Assembly (NCBI GenBank): GCA_050084985.1
Contig: JBITNC010000002.1
Location: 9,052,001-9,116,000 of the forward strand
Direction of reading: 5' to 3'
DNA from: Nageia nagi
Lineage: Eukaryota > Plantae > Pinophyta
DNA: 64,000 nucleotides
Under the pieces are notes generated by a model. It saw nothing but the letters and a program-made list of their open reading frames with translations. It did not search any database and had not been told where the DNA came from. How positions within the stretch are numbered: the first letter of the stretch is position 1; every line of letters begins with the position of its first letter. Below are positions 23,041 through 37,529 of this stretch, piece after piece. The position numbers and the translations under genes are program-made.

Positions 23041-26000
23041 GTAAGAAATAGAAACATAGTGTTTGGTTTTTCTGTATCTTGGCTATTGCTTTTCGTTGCT
23101 AAAATTGCTTTTTGTTTTTTGGGTTCTGGGTCACATGTGCAATGCCAATTTAGATCCCAAATGCTGATCAAGTCTCTATCATAATGAGAAACCTGCAGTT
23201 AGTCCTCAGTTGTCTCTGAATTTTAGAAAACATTCTCATGTGTATCGAGATGCATTTGAATTATTTGTTGTTCATTATAGTTGAAAGAGAGAACATAATT
23301 AATAGATCACTCCACCTGTATTCTTTCTGGTATTGGGGAACTGTGTCACAAAATAACCAGCTCATTATTAAATTCAAGTGTTTCACGAAGTAGCCTGCTC
23401 AAAACCATCAAATCCTTTAATCATGTTAGAAGGTTTATTGGAGCTTCTATTATTTGCTTCCAGTATTGTTGAATGCAGGGACTTAATATAGCACTTGACC
23501 TCATGATAAATATTACAGTATTCAAAGCTGGGTCAAATAAACCATGAAGTGATTCTCTTAATAGAAGCTCAAATGTTCAGAAGAAAAATCAATATTGACA
23601 CTCTCAATGCTGTTTGCATCTCAATTTTTTTTTTTTTTTTTTAACTATAAGTTATTTCTACTGTCTTCCTGCTTTGGGTTATCTGTTCTATTTAGCATCA
23701 TAGGTTTTCTTTTGCTGAATAATATTTCGAACTCGACTGTTGCTGCTGTCTAATGACCCTTGAAGGACATGAATAAACCTATACTCATTTTTTGAAAATA
23801 TACCTCCATATTTTTGAAAAAAAAAACATGAATAAAGGGTAAACCGTAAAACTACGCACATGATAACATTACTTGTCATAACACATCAATTATATATGAT
23901 AATCAAGAATTATTTCATTTACATATTTTCATAGATGTTCATAATACACCTGATTACAATATTGAGAGTACTACATTTTTTTTCCAACTTCAACTCAATT
24001 CGCCTTCCTCAAACATGTGGTCTTTGGTTCTTCCAATTGGCGTAGAGAAAACTAAGAGAGTGGTAGCATTCGTTGATAATTCTATACTAAATTTAACTTG
24101 AAACATATGTAAGTGATAGGTCTATAAATACGCAAGACTTAATAACTTCATAATGCATTCTCATATATTAGTTCTTATAGATCTAAATGCACAACTTCCC
24201 AAATACTTTATCACACAACCATACATAATACATTTGCATTCTCAATGCATCATGGATCCTTATTCATGACATTTCCATGCCCATTGCATCTTCTTGCAAA
24301 CTAGCTAATTTAGAACATGTACTTCAATTTTCAAGCCATAGTATACTAGAGTGAAACAGTTATCAAACTTCTAAGTTCTAATTGCTTTTCACATGCATTC
24401 ATTTGCACAATATGCATCCTTGATACTGTTTGTGACAGATGCATCTGATTGCATTGACAACATATTAGATATTATTTATACACGTTTAAATGACATTTCA
24501 TAATACAGAATGCATCACTGATAACGTCTGTGATAAATGCACATTAGTTATCATCTAATTACATCCTTCTACACATTATGCATTGTCATTTCATATAATT
24601 ATTGCATTACTAATTCTTAGCAATACCGAATCCTGTTTATATGCAGAATGTAAAACAAGTACTGTCTATATATATATTGCGTATCAATGTAAATTCATGC
24701 AAAAAGTCATTAGAGTTGTTTTTAATACAAGCATGCAGATTCTTGCTTCAAATTACCCAGCTATGCACCCAGGTTCATTTAAGGACTTCTATATCATGAC
24801 ATAGTGCATTCCTTTAACACATTAAATCAACATAAATTTACTCACTTGTAATTAACATCTACATTATCTTTTAAATTGTGTCATTACTCTTTTCTGCATG
24901 TACTCAGGTGATAAAATCCTATGATCAATAAAGCACCTTTAGGATATGAACTTCCTCATTAAACCAGCGATTACTCCTAACCTTTTTCCTATGCGAATTT
25001 GAGTTCATGTCATTTTTTCCTGGAAGTATTACTTATATTTCATTCTTTCTCCAACTAAATGAGTCTCTTATTGACACTTAGTAGTTCCTACGTTTCAAAC
25101 CTGCATTCAAGCATTTGATTCCTACTGTAGGTATTTTACAGGGTTACCATATTAACTGCAAATTTGGTTGTTTTATTTTCTTTCTATCAAGCAAGTCCTA
25201 CTATGATATAGGTGTAAGAGTTAATGGACAACACAACTATTGTGGCAGCTCGGGTGACTCCGAGTTTGTTTAAATTTTGGTTCAAATTGCCTAGTATAGA
25301 TCATCTACTATTTTCACCACAGGTATGCTTTTCTATCGGAGAGTTATTTCTAGTTTTTCTAAGTTCAAAATATAGTTTTCAAATTCCTTATGGAAAAGAT
25401 AGTGCATAGTTTAAGAAACCTAAATTCCTTTCACCTACGTAATTCTAGAATGTATTACTGAGGAAAGTACAGGAAATAGACTCACTGTTTGACAGTGTGA
25501 ACTCTACACTCTTTTTCTCTCTATCTCCTTGCACTGCACCTTCCTTTATCTTGACCTCAAAATCACCCACTTCCCCTTGCTCACTGCATATTTGATATAT
25601 TATGGTGCAAGTAGTGGATCTTGGAGCTTCCAGGGGTGCCATTTCTGCCACATCTGAAAACTTGCTTCTTCATTTACTTCTTTGCATGGTGGCAATTGTG
25701 CCATATGGTCACTAAAGGAGTTTTTCAGCATGCTAATTAAAATGGTTTGAAAGGACGACACAAGATTTATTTTGCACAAAACCATTTTGTGAGCGAACAG
25801 GTGGCTTTCCATTATTTTTATTTATTCAGTTTTTAATGCTTTGCATGGGTATGGACATAAACATTTCATATTGCTTGACAGATATTTGCATTGCTTTGGT
25901 AATGGAACTTTAATGTTACAAAAAATGAATCAAAGCCTTTTTAAAAATTCTATTTAACCATTGACACTTAATATGCCTTGGTTATTCAAATTCAACTTAG

Positions 26001-27316
26001 CTTATTTGGTATACGCATTTCTTATTTTGCATATATATTGCATATCCTAATATACTCATATTTTCCCTTATTAAGTATTTAGATATTAGAGTCAATTTTC
26101 CTAAATTTGAATGTTTACTTATATGCTTCTATAAAGTTTTTAAGCTTTTCTTTTAGCTATTCTTCCAATTTTAATACAACATTGGAATAAATCACAAGTA
26201 CCTTAATCATGATACAATAAAATGAAACAATAAATGCAGCTAATGCAAACTTAACCAAACATTCATATGTGTATACTTATACACAATTTTCTAATTCAAT
26301 ATTCATTGCCATCCTTTCTAGCTGCAAACAGGATTTCTTTCACAAGGAACCATCATCCCTTCTATACTGTCCAATCTCTTTCCATTCATCTGTGTAGGTC
26401 TCTTTACCTACATCTGTCTTACAACTCATGCATGTCCTGAAAATCACACAAAAGATAGACAATAGTATCCACAAATGCAACAGGTAATCATGAAATGCAT
26501 TTAGGTATAAAATTTGCAATCCCAATACATCAAAGTTAATGACATCCATATCTATCAATATAAGATCCATCAAATGTCTTCACAATAAACAAATAGTCTA
26601 GCAAAGAGCTCAAGGGTGGAGTTGTGACATGTTAGATCACAGGCAGGCCTGTAAAATCTGTTGTGGTTTTCTGTTTTCTTATTTATTGATGCTTACTTTT
26701 GATTTGGAGGAGAGTAGCATAGCGTTAGCCAATGCCCATTCCCTTATAGGAGTAAAAGATTGAACAACACACTAACATCAAATGATCAGCAAAATAAACA
26801 CAATTGTCTATGAGAATAACTGTTTATCCTGTTCCCAAAACCTATGCTTTTTATATGATTAGATTTTACAGACGGAAAGCCTTACATAACAGTATAATAA
26901 ATTTGTATGAATTGTAAATTTTGTGTTGCATGGCTCTGTTTCATTCTTGAATGCATATGTCCTGTGGGTATGATGTCTGTGCCTTTGATTCTTGGCAGTG
27001 TTTTCATGTAGATTGTATGTTTTCTTCCCTGTAGTATGAAAATTATGGTGGCTGCCTTTGTGAGGCAACATATTTTGACGTTTTTCTTAATCTTTTGATT
27101 CTTTTATTTTCATATCATATATTGTGCAGTGTAAAATTGTAAATATCATCTCCAATTGTAAGTGGGTAGTTATGTTGTTGCATGCTTGTCAAGAGACAAA
27201 CAGCATAGTGATTTTTAATTGATTTTTGTTCCTGCAATTAATAGAAAATATCAACTAATGTCCAAGAAGGGGAAAATACAGTACAAATTATCAGAAACTT
27301 ATGGGATATCAGTAGA

Positions 27317-27955
27317 AACTACAGTATACAGTTTTTTGTACTTTTTTGGTTGGTTTTGGAGTTTGACAAATAATCCCAATTTCTCTGTTTATCTTTATCC
27401 TTGACAGGTAATAAGTTGAAATTTGGAGCATGCAAATGTCATCTTATAGTACTCCATCGTAGTTGTTGAAAAATGCATCCATGAAAAAATTCTAAATCAG
27501 GAGTTACCTAGCTCAAAATTGAAGAATGCTTTCTTGGCTCACTTGAATCTTATCAGAGTATGCTCAGAGCATAAAGATATGATTGACGATTGCATTTATT
27601 TGACTCACTGAACTATAATCTTATCAGAGTATGTTCAGTTGTTGAGAGTATACTGAACTACAGTATACAGTTTTTTTCACTTTTTTGGTTGGTTTTGGAG
27701 TTTGACAAATAATCACAATTTCGCTGTTTATCTTTATCGTTGACAGGTAATAAGTTGAAATTTGGAGCATGCAAATGTCATCTTATAGTACTCCATCGTA
27801 ATTGTTGAAAAGTGCATCAATGATGAAATTCTAAATCAGGAATTACCTAGCTCAAAATTGAAGAATGCTTTCTTGGCTCACTTGACTCTTATCAGATTAT
27901 GCTTAGAACATAAAGATATGATTGACGATTGCAATTATTGGACCCACTGAACCAT
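27317..27955 (+). repeat. ~339-bp tandem duplication spanning splice acceptor and 5' UTR of TAF1B
   Basis: AACTACAGTATACAG...TTGACAGGTAATAAG...GATTGACGATTGCA repeats at ~27317 and ~27656. Confidence 0.92.
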
Positions 27956-27970
27956 AAAGCCATTTTATCA

Positions 27971-28565
27971 ATGGAGAGCACTATGTGCATGAGATGTGGA
28001 TGTATTGGAATGTGTAGTGGAGGGGATGGGTTCTATTACTGTCGGTCATGTGCTACACAATCTCAGGACCTCATAGAGCAGGCAATAGAGAATGATGAGC
28101 TTGTCTTTCAAGGAATTTACAATCGTTCTTTTAGGAGAACAGTACATGCCCCAGTTCAGTCCCAAGCTGAGGTTGATATGCAAACCCAAGTTGACGTGTT
28201 TACAAAATTGCAGAAAGTTAATATGACTGGAGATCAAAGTTGTGCACAAACGGGTGCTGCAATTGACTTAGACGATGATGTACCATTGCAAGATTTTGGG
28301 TCCCAACCGACTTTTTCTGTATTGGATTTTGAGACTTTAGCTTCTGAAATAAGAGAAAGGTATTTGGAGGGTTTGCAAATAATGATTCAGATGCAATGTG
28401 AGTCTTTAGTGGAGAAAATGGGAGTAAGTCCTTTAATTTGTGGGGTGATTGGACCAATATGGTTGCGTTTTGTAGCATCAACTCATGTATTAGAACAAGG
28501 ATGGGCCACTGAAGTGCTCCAGGCTGCAGATGCACTTTATCAAAATCACAGATCGAAAGATGAAG
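27971..28565 (+). CDS. TAF1B: TATA-binding-protein-associated factor, RNA polymerase I subunit B (TAF1B/RRN7, MEE12-like), first coding exon
   Basis: N-terminal zinc ribbon CMRC..DGFYYCRSC and IRERYLEGLQIMIQMQCESLVEK..LICGVIGPIWLRFV. Phase-1 donor G|GTAAGA at 28566. Confidence 0.88.
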
Positions 28566-29912
28566 GTAAGATGAATGGCTGTTAATCCTTTTTCAGTATT
28601 ATAGAAGAATATTCTAACTGAGTTTGTACTTTGTAGCTTACATGTTTGAATGCTAGATATGGTTTTATTATTGGAACCTGATAGGATCTGGAAATCCAGA
28701 TAAATAGATATCCTACTTTGACCATTACTTGTAAACATGTGGTATGGAAGTGTAACTTAAAATTTTCCCCACAGCTGCTCTTGTCTTCCTAATTGCATAT
28801 TGTCTTGATTGAAGTCATACTAATTTTCTGAATTTCTTTAGCAGACTGCTAATCCATCTCTTCTGAATGTTTTGTCTGATGTGATCATTCTTTTAATCTA
28901 GCATATCCGTGTATACATCAAATCCACAAATTCTTCTAATTTTTTGATTATAGTGTGGATTGTAACTTCACTTTTTGCATAAGGTGCTACTGTGCCATGT
29001 AATTTGTTTCTCATAGCTGAGAGGGTGGAAACAGTTGCGTTTTTTTTTAAATATTTTTTTTAAGCAGTTTCCATGAAATGTGAAGATATACTCAAGAGTC
29101 CATGTTCATTTAAACTTAATATAATCTTTATAGATCTACATCTATTAGATAGCAGCAGAATCAAGCGACCAGCTCTAATCAATGTTATGATTAACAAGAT
29201 ATAAGTATAATTAATAAAAAAAATGGAGAAAATTGCAGAAACTGTTATTCAAAAGTTTGAAGTACTTACACACAGAAGAGAATATTACCTTGCAGCATAT
29301 TTCAGATAATCCACAAATGTCCATAAAATTGAGCACCAAACTTAAAGAAACATCCGTTTATATCCTTTCTGTGAAATCCATATACAGTAATACCATATTA
29401 TGACTATAAAGTATGAATGCCTTTGTTTATATTACGCCTATGCAAACTAATGCATATAGATTTATGCAGATGCTTAGTTTGAGAAGTTGAAGAGTCACTT
29501 AATAACTGTCTTAAGTAGCTAAGGCAGTAAGTGGATAGAGTTATATTCAAAACAGAAGTGTATCTTAAGGGAACTGACATGAAAAATATGCAGAATTGGA
29601 AAACAAAATTTGTTGAATTTATTTAAGCCACAGTCAGGATTGTCCACGTCAAGGAACCGCAGTTTTTGTTCTCACAAATCATGAGTAGAAATTAGTGAAA
29701 AATGGACCAAATACTGAATTTTTCTGGCATAATTTATTGAAGAGCTCCCTGAAGCTGTGTTTCAAGCTAGAAAGGTCAATGGAATTTATAAACCTAGGAC
29801 TTTAATAGAATTGGATTAACATACAACTGTGCAATGTAGTCAAACGTGCCAAACAATTTTGAAAGGGAAGATAAATTATATATTAGTATATCAAATTTGT
29901 TATAATATTTTT

Positions 29913-30062
29913 CTAGATGAAAATGTATTTAGAAAACATGCTTACAAATTTTAGACCTTCCGAATTGTACTTGGGAAAAGGAAGAGAAATTATACATTAC
30001 AAACAAATAATTTATCTAGATGAAACTGTATTTAGAAACCATGCTTACAAATTTCAGACCTT
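29913..30062. repeat. ~48-bp direct repeat pair
   Basis: TCTAGATGAAAMTGTATTTAGAAAMCATGCTTACAAATTTYAGACCTT twice, ~103 bp apart. Confidence 0.85.
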
Positions 30063-32289
30063 TCAAGTTTTACCTAGCTGCAGAGTATGCCTGATCCTTA
30101 ATTTCCCCCCCTCTTTCATCTAGAGAAGCAACAACCTAGATGTTGATTAACCTAATGCAATGGTTCGAAAAATATTCAAGTGCCTTTGACTAAAGTGTAT
30201 ATTTGAAGAACTGGAGCAATTTTTAGTTCAAGTTTTGGAGACTGCTGACTTCTTATAAGCTTAAGAGAGAGAAAAGAGATAAAGAAACCAAAAAACCACA
30301 GATTCCTGCGCGGGCAAAAATCTCGATAACAACCATAGATTCAACTAAACAAAGCAAGAAACCATCACAAAACATCACCAAAAATGCAATCATAGCCAAC
30401 CAAGGAAAGTAGTGTAAATGCAAATATTAGCAACATACACATAAATTCATCAACGATAAGCCTATCTGACCCTTCTGATTGGGAGAAGTCAAATGACTTT
30501 ATATTTGTTTTGGGAAAATTGGAGTAAAACTTACAAAAGGGCAAAATTATGACATTATCAAATCCGTTGTTCAATGACCTTAATCTCCTTTTATAGTATC
30601 TTATCTACTCCAAGAAAAATAGAACTAATGCTAATCAAAGCACAATGTACGCACATGCAAAATTCATGGTGGAGGAAAACTACGATACAAAATAATTTGA
30701 AAGCTTTCTGTGTGATCTTGCAATTTTGTTTTTATCTTGTGATGATAATGTGGTAGTTGATCTTTAGTGATCATTATGTTTGGGATGGGCATGCTTATGC
30801 ATGGCTAGATGGTTTCAGAGCTTTTGGGTGCTTGGACTTGCTTCAAGTTTATTTCAGGTTCGATCGAACGTTCTCAGTAGTTTGACAGTCCGTAGGATGA
30901 AATTTTCAAGGAAGGATGTTGACATCGACTTTTAAAAAGTTTTGACTCCTTCATTTTGCTTATTGCTCCCAGGCCTTAGGCTCCTTTCTTGCTGACATAT
31001 TCTTGAAAATACTCCTGATTGCTGTCTGCTTATTTTAACTTTGTTTTTCTTGTGATTCCGTTCATGACAAACTTAATTATACCATACTTTTGACGTGGCT
31101 GTACTTTCGTCATATCTTTCAAAATGTTCAATCATCCAACCACAATGGAGGAAAACAAAGTGAATGGCTAAGTTATTTCTTACAACATTAGAGTATACGT
31201 TAGGATATCTGGTCTTGTTTGTATGAGCATCCCTGTCCTTGACTACACCTGATATCAGATGTAGCTTACTTCATTCTATATCCTTCTTAGATCTAAAAAC
31301 AATAATTAAATCTTAAATTAGATTGATGAATTATCTCCTCGTCATCTTTTATGATTAGCAAATCAGAAGATATCTTTTATTCATCTAACAATAGAAGCAA
31401 TTTTGATGATATTTCTACCTCATCTTGTAGCTTAAGCAACCCGGAAGATGTCTTTTCTTTATTTTATACAAAAAGAAATTGTAAAATTTCTTCTTTATCT
31501 TATAGCAAAAACAACTTTAAAGATGTTTCTTCTTATCTTACAAAAGACACAGCTATGAATATGTCAATTCTTAGCCTACAACAAAATCAATCTTGAAGAT
31601 ATCTCTTCTTATCTTGCAATAAAAACCATAGTAGATAACCTCGGACTCAATGGGCACCTGACAAGGTTGAATTGAGATTTAGACTCGAACTCGACAAAAC
31701 AAATCAAAGAAAATGCAAATTTTTTGTTGGGAAAAAGTTTTTATCATGCATATCACAATTAATTAATACATTACAATCCAAAATTAATATTGTAAGTCAT
31801 ACATCTTTAAGCTACACATTAAAGTGATAAAACACATTTCAATTAAAGAAACTTCAATGCCTTCAAAATTCAAGTATTCTTGTGTTTTTTTTGTTATTAG
31901 TCCTAGAGGATTCTGGCCCTCAAACCTTGACAAAATTAGACCATCAGCCAATCTGTATAAGCAAAATCAGTTGCATATCTACCTATTACAATTAATTGGC
32001 TACTAGCATAGTTCACAACAAAAACAACACCAAACCACGACTCAAAACATACAACACTAAATCACATCTCAAAACATATATCCTAGTTGTTCTTTTTTCC
32101 GATGCCCTTCCACGATTCACCTTTTTCTACCTCATCAGCTTGCATATTCATGCAAGTCATAGTAGTCTGCAGCATTCGAGACAGATCCACCATCAACTTG
32201 TGAATAATTCTGACTATGTCAACCGCCATCTTCCATGCTCCCTCTGCTGGCTCTTCTTCTTTTCCAACATCAGCCCTTGGCGGAGTGGG

Positions 32290-33600
32290 GATTCAGTTTA
32301 CTGCCTCCTCAGCTATGTCTTGGGGATTTGCTGCCTCTTCAGAAGTTGCTACCTCCCCTGCCTCCTCTACATTATGCCCTTTAGTTGCGTTCTCCTTTGC
32401 CTTTGGCACACCTACTATCTCTTTCTCCTTTGAAGCTATTTTACTCTCAGCCTTCTTCTTGGATATAGGTTCCGCCATGTTTGACTCTTCTACTTCCGAT
32501 TCATCACTGTAGTCAACAATCTTCTTCCTATTCCCTTTATTAAGCTGAGAAGATCTTCGAGATTCTTTAGAAGGACCCTTCCTTCAGTAAAGGAAACATT
32601 CCTTCGCTTATAGAGAGAGATATTGTCTTCCTCATCTTTTGATTCCTAAACTTCTTTAATCAACGACTCTTTCCCTTTTACTATTTTATTCCCTTTCTTC
32701 CTGGCATCTAGTAGCAACTGTTTTCGAGCCACAGGAAACCCACTCTTCCTGGGGCTTCCACCTGTTTTTCTACTGTGTTCTTTTTCCAACATGAGACCTA
32801 CTACCATTTTAATTAGCCCTTGGTGTAGAGGCAACTTCCTTTCTGCCATTTTAACCTCTTTAATTGACTTTTCCAAATCATGGAATAACAAGGCTGGGAA
32901 ATTTACCTGTTCATTATGACAAATCGTGCTCAGAATTGCGACTTGATACCCAAAAATACTTTGAAATTTCCCATCCAATGTGATGTACTTCATTACTACT
33001 CTAGCTACCCTACCCCAAGGCTTGGGTAGGGACTTGTTGCCAATCCTTGATTGCAACCAGCTGAAGGTCTCTTCTCCTTCCAGGAATTTCGCTAGCTGCT
33101 CTACCTGCTTCATTTTCTTTCGGTGAATAACTTCTCCCATCTTAGGTAATCCCGTAACTTCAGCTAGTCGATGAGGGGAGAAGACGAAACATAACCCTTC
33201 CACCTCCACTTGTCCTTGGTTTCAAGAATTGCAGACCTGCCTTGTTATCCCTTCATCAAAGTCATTGAATTTCTTGAAAAATTGTAGTAGCTCAGAGGGC
33301 TCATATAGAGGTGGGCTATGTCCCCTTCAATTGTGAACACAATCGGTTCTGTCTGCACTAGCTCACCACCCATTCTTACTAATTGCGTAGTAGAATTTCG
33401 AGGAAGCACTGAATTTCCAATCCATTTGCCTTCTCTTAAGTGATACACTACCATCGCCATAGCCATTTGGACTTTGGCCCTTATACCTCCACTTCTATCT
33501 TGCATGAGTGAGATATTGGCTCGCAATCTTCCCAACCATGCATTGTGATGAATACCCATGACTTTTCATTATTAACTACTCCCCGATCTTGACAATTATT
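32290..33600 (-). pseudogene. Retroelement accessory-ORF-like fragment (plant transposon protein type)
   Basis: VEGLCFVFSPHRLAEVTGLPKMGE..LPKPW..VMKYITLDG..PLHQGLIK followed by a K/E-rich tail; frameshifted. Family assignment is inference. Confidence 0.5.
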
Positions 33601-35999
33601 ACCTGAATTGGGGTTGGATCGAATTCATGCTGTCGGACAAGTATTCTTATATTGCTTATGATATAAAAAGGTATTAAGTGTGTCAAATGACTCAATAGGC
33701 CCACTATCTAGTGTCTTGTAGTGCCTTTTACCTTGTGCTTTAGTTGAAGCTCTTATCCTCTCTCCTTCTGTCCATCCCAATGCATCTTCCTATGTCTTTG
33801 CTGTTAGCTCCTCCTTTATACTTTCAAAATTATCTACTGAAAAAAGAGGCTCTTGCTGTTGCTTCTTTGGCCATGTGATCCATTTAGATGATGGATCAAT
33901 CTCATCTAAATAATTGACTTAATAATTTGTTCTTGTAATTTTTTGTTGTGGAAGCAAAGGTTGTGATGAACAAACACAAGATCATTCATCTCTTGCTATG
34001 TGAGTCTACTCCACATCTTGGAATGAATGTGCTCAAACATACTCCAATGGCACTCACAACCTAAAGTGTTGCATGGTTGATATAAAACTTTTATAGTGAA
34101 ATTTTGAAAATTGAATGTATATGCATCAAAGTCCTTCCAGCATCAATCTAAAAAGGGGCCAAGAAACAAGAAATTTAATAATTTGTGCAAAGTCATATAT
34201 TGAGATTATTTTTAAAAACAAGAAAGAGAAAATCAATAATAATTTGATCCATAAAGGTTACCTAGTCTTAAACTTGCCCTTGAGTGCACTATGGCGAGGC
34301 CAAAAAGCAGCCCTCACATCTCATGTAATCCTGTAACTTATTCTATATCAAATTGTGGGTGTGCTCATTTGGCACCATGTGGGTAAGGGATTGTTGAAGG
34401 CCTGACATCACCTCATTGTTGGCTTCAAATTTATTATCATAAAAGACTTTTGAGCTATGATAGTATCTTGTTGTATGTAATTTGCTATGGAGTTGATAAG
34501 TCCATAATTGGTTAGGCTTGGAAAAATTATAAAATGAGGCAATTGCATTGTAGGACCTGTCTGTGGCCTCATATACATATCCCATTGGTGATTTTTCTCT
34601 ATTAGCAAGACAAAGAACCCTCATCAAAGGCTTTGACATCTAAAGTCAAATGAGATATTTTAGTTATTGTTAGCAACTTAGCTATTTGAAATTTGGATTA
34701 ATGAACTTAGTCTTGTACCTTGATTGCCTCTTGCATAACTGTCTATAAGAGTTCCTTAAACAAATAATTGTAGACCTTCTAGCCCTCATTGAAGAGTCGA
34801 TATCTAACAACATCTTTTGCAATCTCCTTTTCATCAAAGAGGCTTTGCAATGTAATGAAGTTTGTGGTGAATTGTGTAACTCTAAGTCGCATAAGCTATA
34901 ATGTCCCCATTTTTAATTTAGTTTTGTAAATATTATTTAGGTGTGTTTTATGTTGTTTAGAAGGTGTGTTATGTTTTATTTTTTATAAACTGAATAAGGT
35001 GTTAGAAATAAAGTCAATAAGATGTTAGAATTTAGCATGTGCTTAAATAGCCTTTTTAAGTCATTGTGGGTCATTCAAATAGGAATCCAAGGGAGGAGAT
35101 TAATCCTCCAATATGAAGCGTTGGATTAGAAGAGATTATTGTAACCCTAATTCTCTTCTATTTGAGGAAAAAGCACATAATTTTGGAATATGCTGGATGT
35201 TTGTTGAACTTAACTTCTGTGGAGAATTGCTGGAGAAGCAAATCTTCAATTTCCTCTTGTAGAAGGTCAGCTACAAGAGTGAGACTAGAGAAAGGTCAGC
35301 CTCTAGTATTTTCAGCCTTGAGTTTGAGCATTGCATGTGATGATTTTACTGCCAGATCTGAAGTATTGTGCCCTAGACAGGTTCATCCCATTTGGGGAGG
35401 GACTAATTTGCAATTTTGAGGGTTTTCTCTCACCCTTGGAGGATTGCCCTATTTTGGAAGTGTTTGGAGTTGGATTTATCAGTCTTTTAGGGTTTGCATG
35501 TGAGCATTGAGCAGTTGGAGTTGGATCTATCTGATTGCAAGGGTTTAGAGTGAAGATATTACATATTTTGAGCTTCAGCAGCCTAGAGAACAGGTCACCC
35601 AATTTTGGGCACTTTGGCAGCCGTTCTGTGCTCTAGATAGTGATGTCCAGCCTTGGGAAGATACTTTTGCAGGTTTGAAGCCTCATTTGAATATATTTGA
35701 TTTTCTAGAATGTATCTGCACTTTTATTAATTTTTTATAAAATTTATAGAAGTGAGATTTGGGTTGGTTGATGCTAATTTCTGAGTATTTCTGGACTATA
35801 CTTGTTCAATATATTTATTACTGATGTTGTGCATCAAATCAGAATTTTGATCGTGTATTTGCCCTAGTTTTCATTGTAAATTTCAGATCTGAGTTGTAGG
35901 GTTTACTTGGTGAAAATCTGGTATTTTGTTATAATTTTCTATTTTCTTAGTGGGTTCCATACGGTGATATCAGAGGTGGTTTTTCCGCCAGACTGTGGA

Positions 36000-37529
36000 G
36001 AGTTGGTTAATGCCCATAGTTACAATTTGAGAAGCAGTAAATATAAAAATATAGCAGACAGAAATTCAGAGGGTAGTTGTGGAAATGAACAAAGGAGAGA
36101 GGAAAGAGAGCTCTCATTGGAGAAGAGAAGAATCAAAAGATTGGAAGATTTATTTGAGGCTTTTCAGAGAACTCAAATGACCATGTGTAATGTATTGACT
36201 AGGATGGAGAGGTCACTCAACCTTTTAGGGCCTCAACAACCACAACCCAATGATGTTCCTATAGTCCAAGCAAATCTTGGAGAGAATTCTGCTACAGCCA
36301 ACCAAGGGGCATGAACTAGGGTTGCCAGCATTCGTACTACACCTCTTCCTAGGCCCACTAGGCCTATGTTTTTACAAAGGCAGGAGGCTGATTCAGGAAA
36401 TGTAACTGCTCAAGAAATTGATGACCTATTTCTCGAATATCAAGCAAAATGTGAAGCTTTTCAAAATGCAATTGCTTTTGATAGCTATTTGGAAATTTTG
36501 GAAAAAAGAGTTTCTGGAAATAGACATCAAGTTAATAGAAATGATGATAGAAAAGACCTGCAAAATAAAATCATTAGAATGCAAATTCCTTTGTTCAATG
36601 GAGAAGGAGGAATTTCAACTAGGGCTTGGTTGCATAAATTACAAATTTGCTTTACTCTTAGCCCTATGTTTGAGCAAGATGTACAATTTGCATCCCTTCA
36701 TTTTGCGGGAGTTTTACATGATTGGTGATATCATGGCCGTGTCATGCAAGGTCATGACCTCATTTTCTCCCTTGATGAATTTAGCCACATAGTGTTAGAT
36801 CGTTTATGGAATTAGCATCTATCAGCCAGAAGAACACAATAGAGAATTATGTTACAAAATTTGAAAGGGTTTTAGTTATGGCTCCTGATGTTTTTGAGGA
36901 GAGAATCATTTTCCTCTTCAGTGAGGGACTTTTTGAGTCTCCTAAAGGTTTTGTAAAAGCCTTTAAACCAGCCACTTTGCAAGAAGATATTAGGAGATCA
37001 TTGAATTTGGAGCCTTCCATGAGTAGATCAAGGGTTTCAACGCCAAAATTTGGACAGTAGTCATCTTTTGGACAACCATTAAATCTTGTTCATTCCAGCC
37101 TAAGTTTGAACAACAACCAATTTTTGGGCAACATGGAAACAAGCCACAAAATAATCAATTTAAGAAAAATCCACAATCAAATGCTGCAAGTAAAATGGAT
37201 GATAACACACGTAGGAAGTTGAGGAAGAAAGGTTTATGTTTTTCATGTAAAAAACCATGGGAATCGGGCCATCGTTGCCTTGGCAAAGGGCAACTTCAGT
37301 TAGTTGAGATAATACAAGATGGTGATGAATCTGAAACTGAATCCGAGTATGCTGAGCAGCTGATTACGCTGAATTTGTGATAGATCAGCCATCACAAGAG
37401 CATCCCAATGACTTAAACGATGATGAGAATCCCACCTTGGCCACTGTGACAGGTGCATCCAAGTACATGACTAAAAGTCAAGAGTAAAATAGTAGAAAAT
37501 GATGTAATTGTGCTCATTGATGGGGGAGC
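36000..37529 (+). pseudogene. Gypsy A gag and protease N-terminus
   Basis: RMQIPLFNG..AWL, KGLCFSCKKPWESGHRC zinc knuckle, VLIDGGA (interrupted). Confidence 0.88.
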
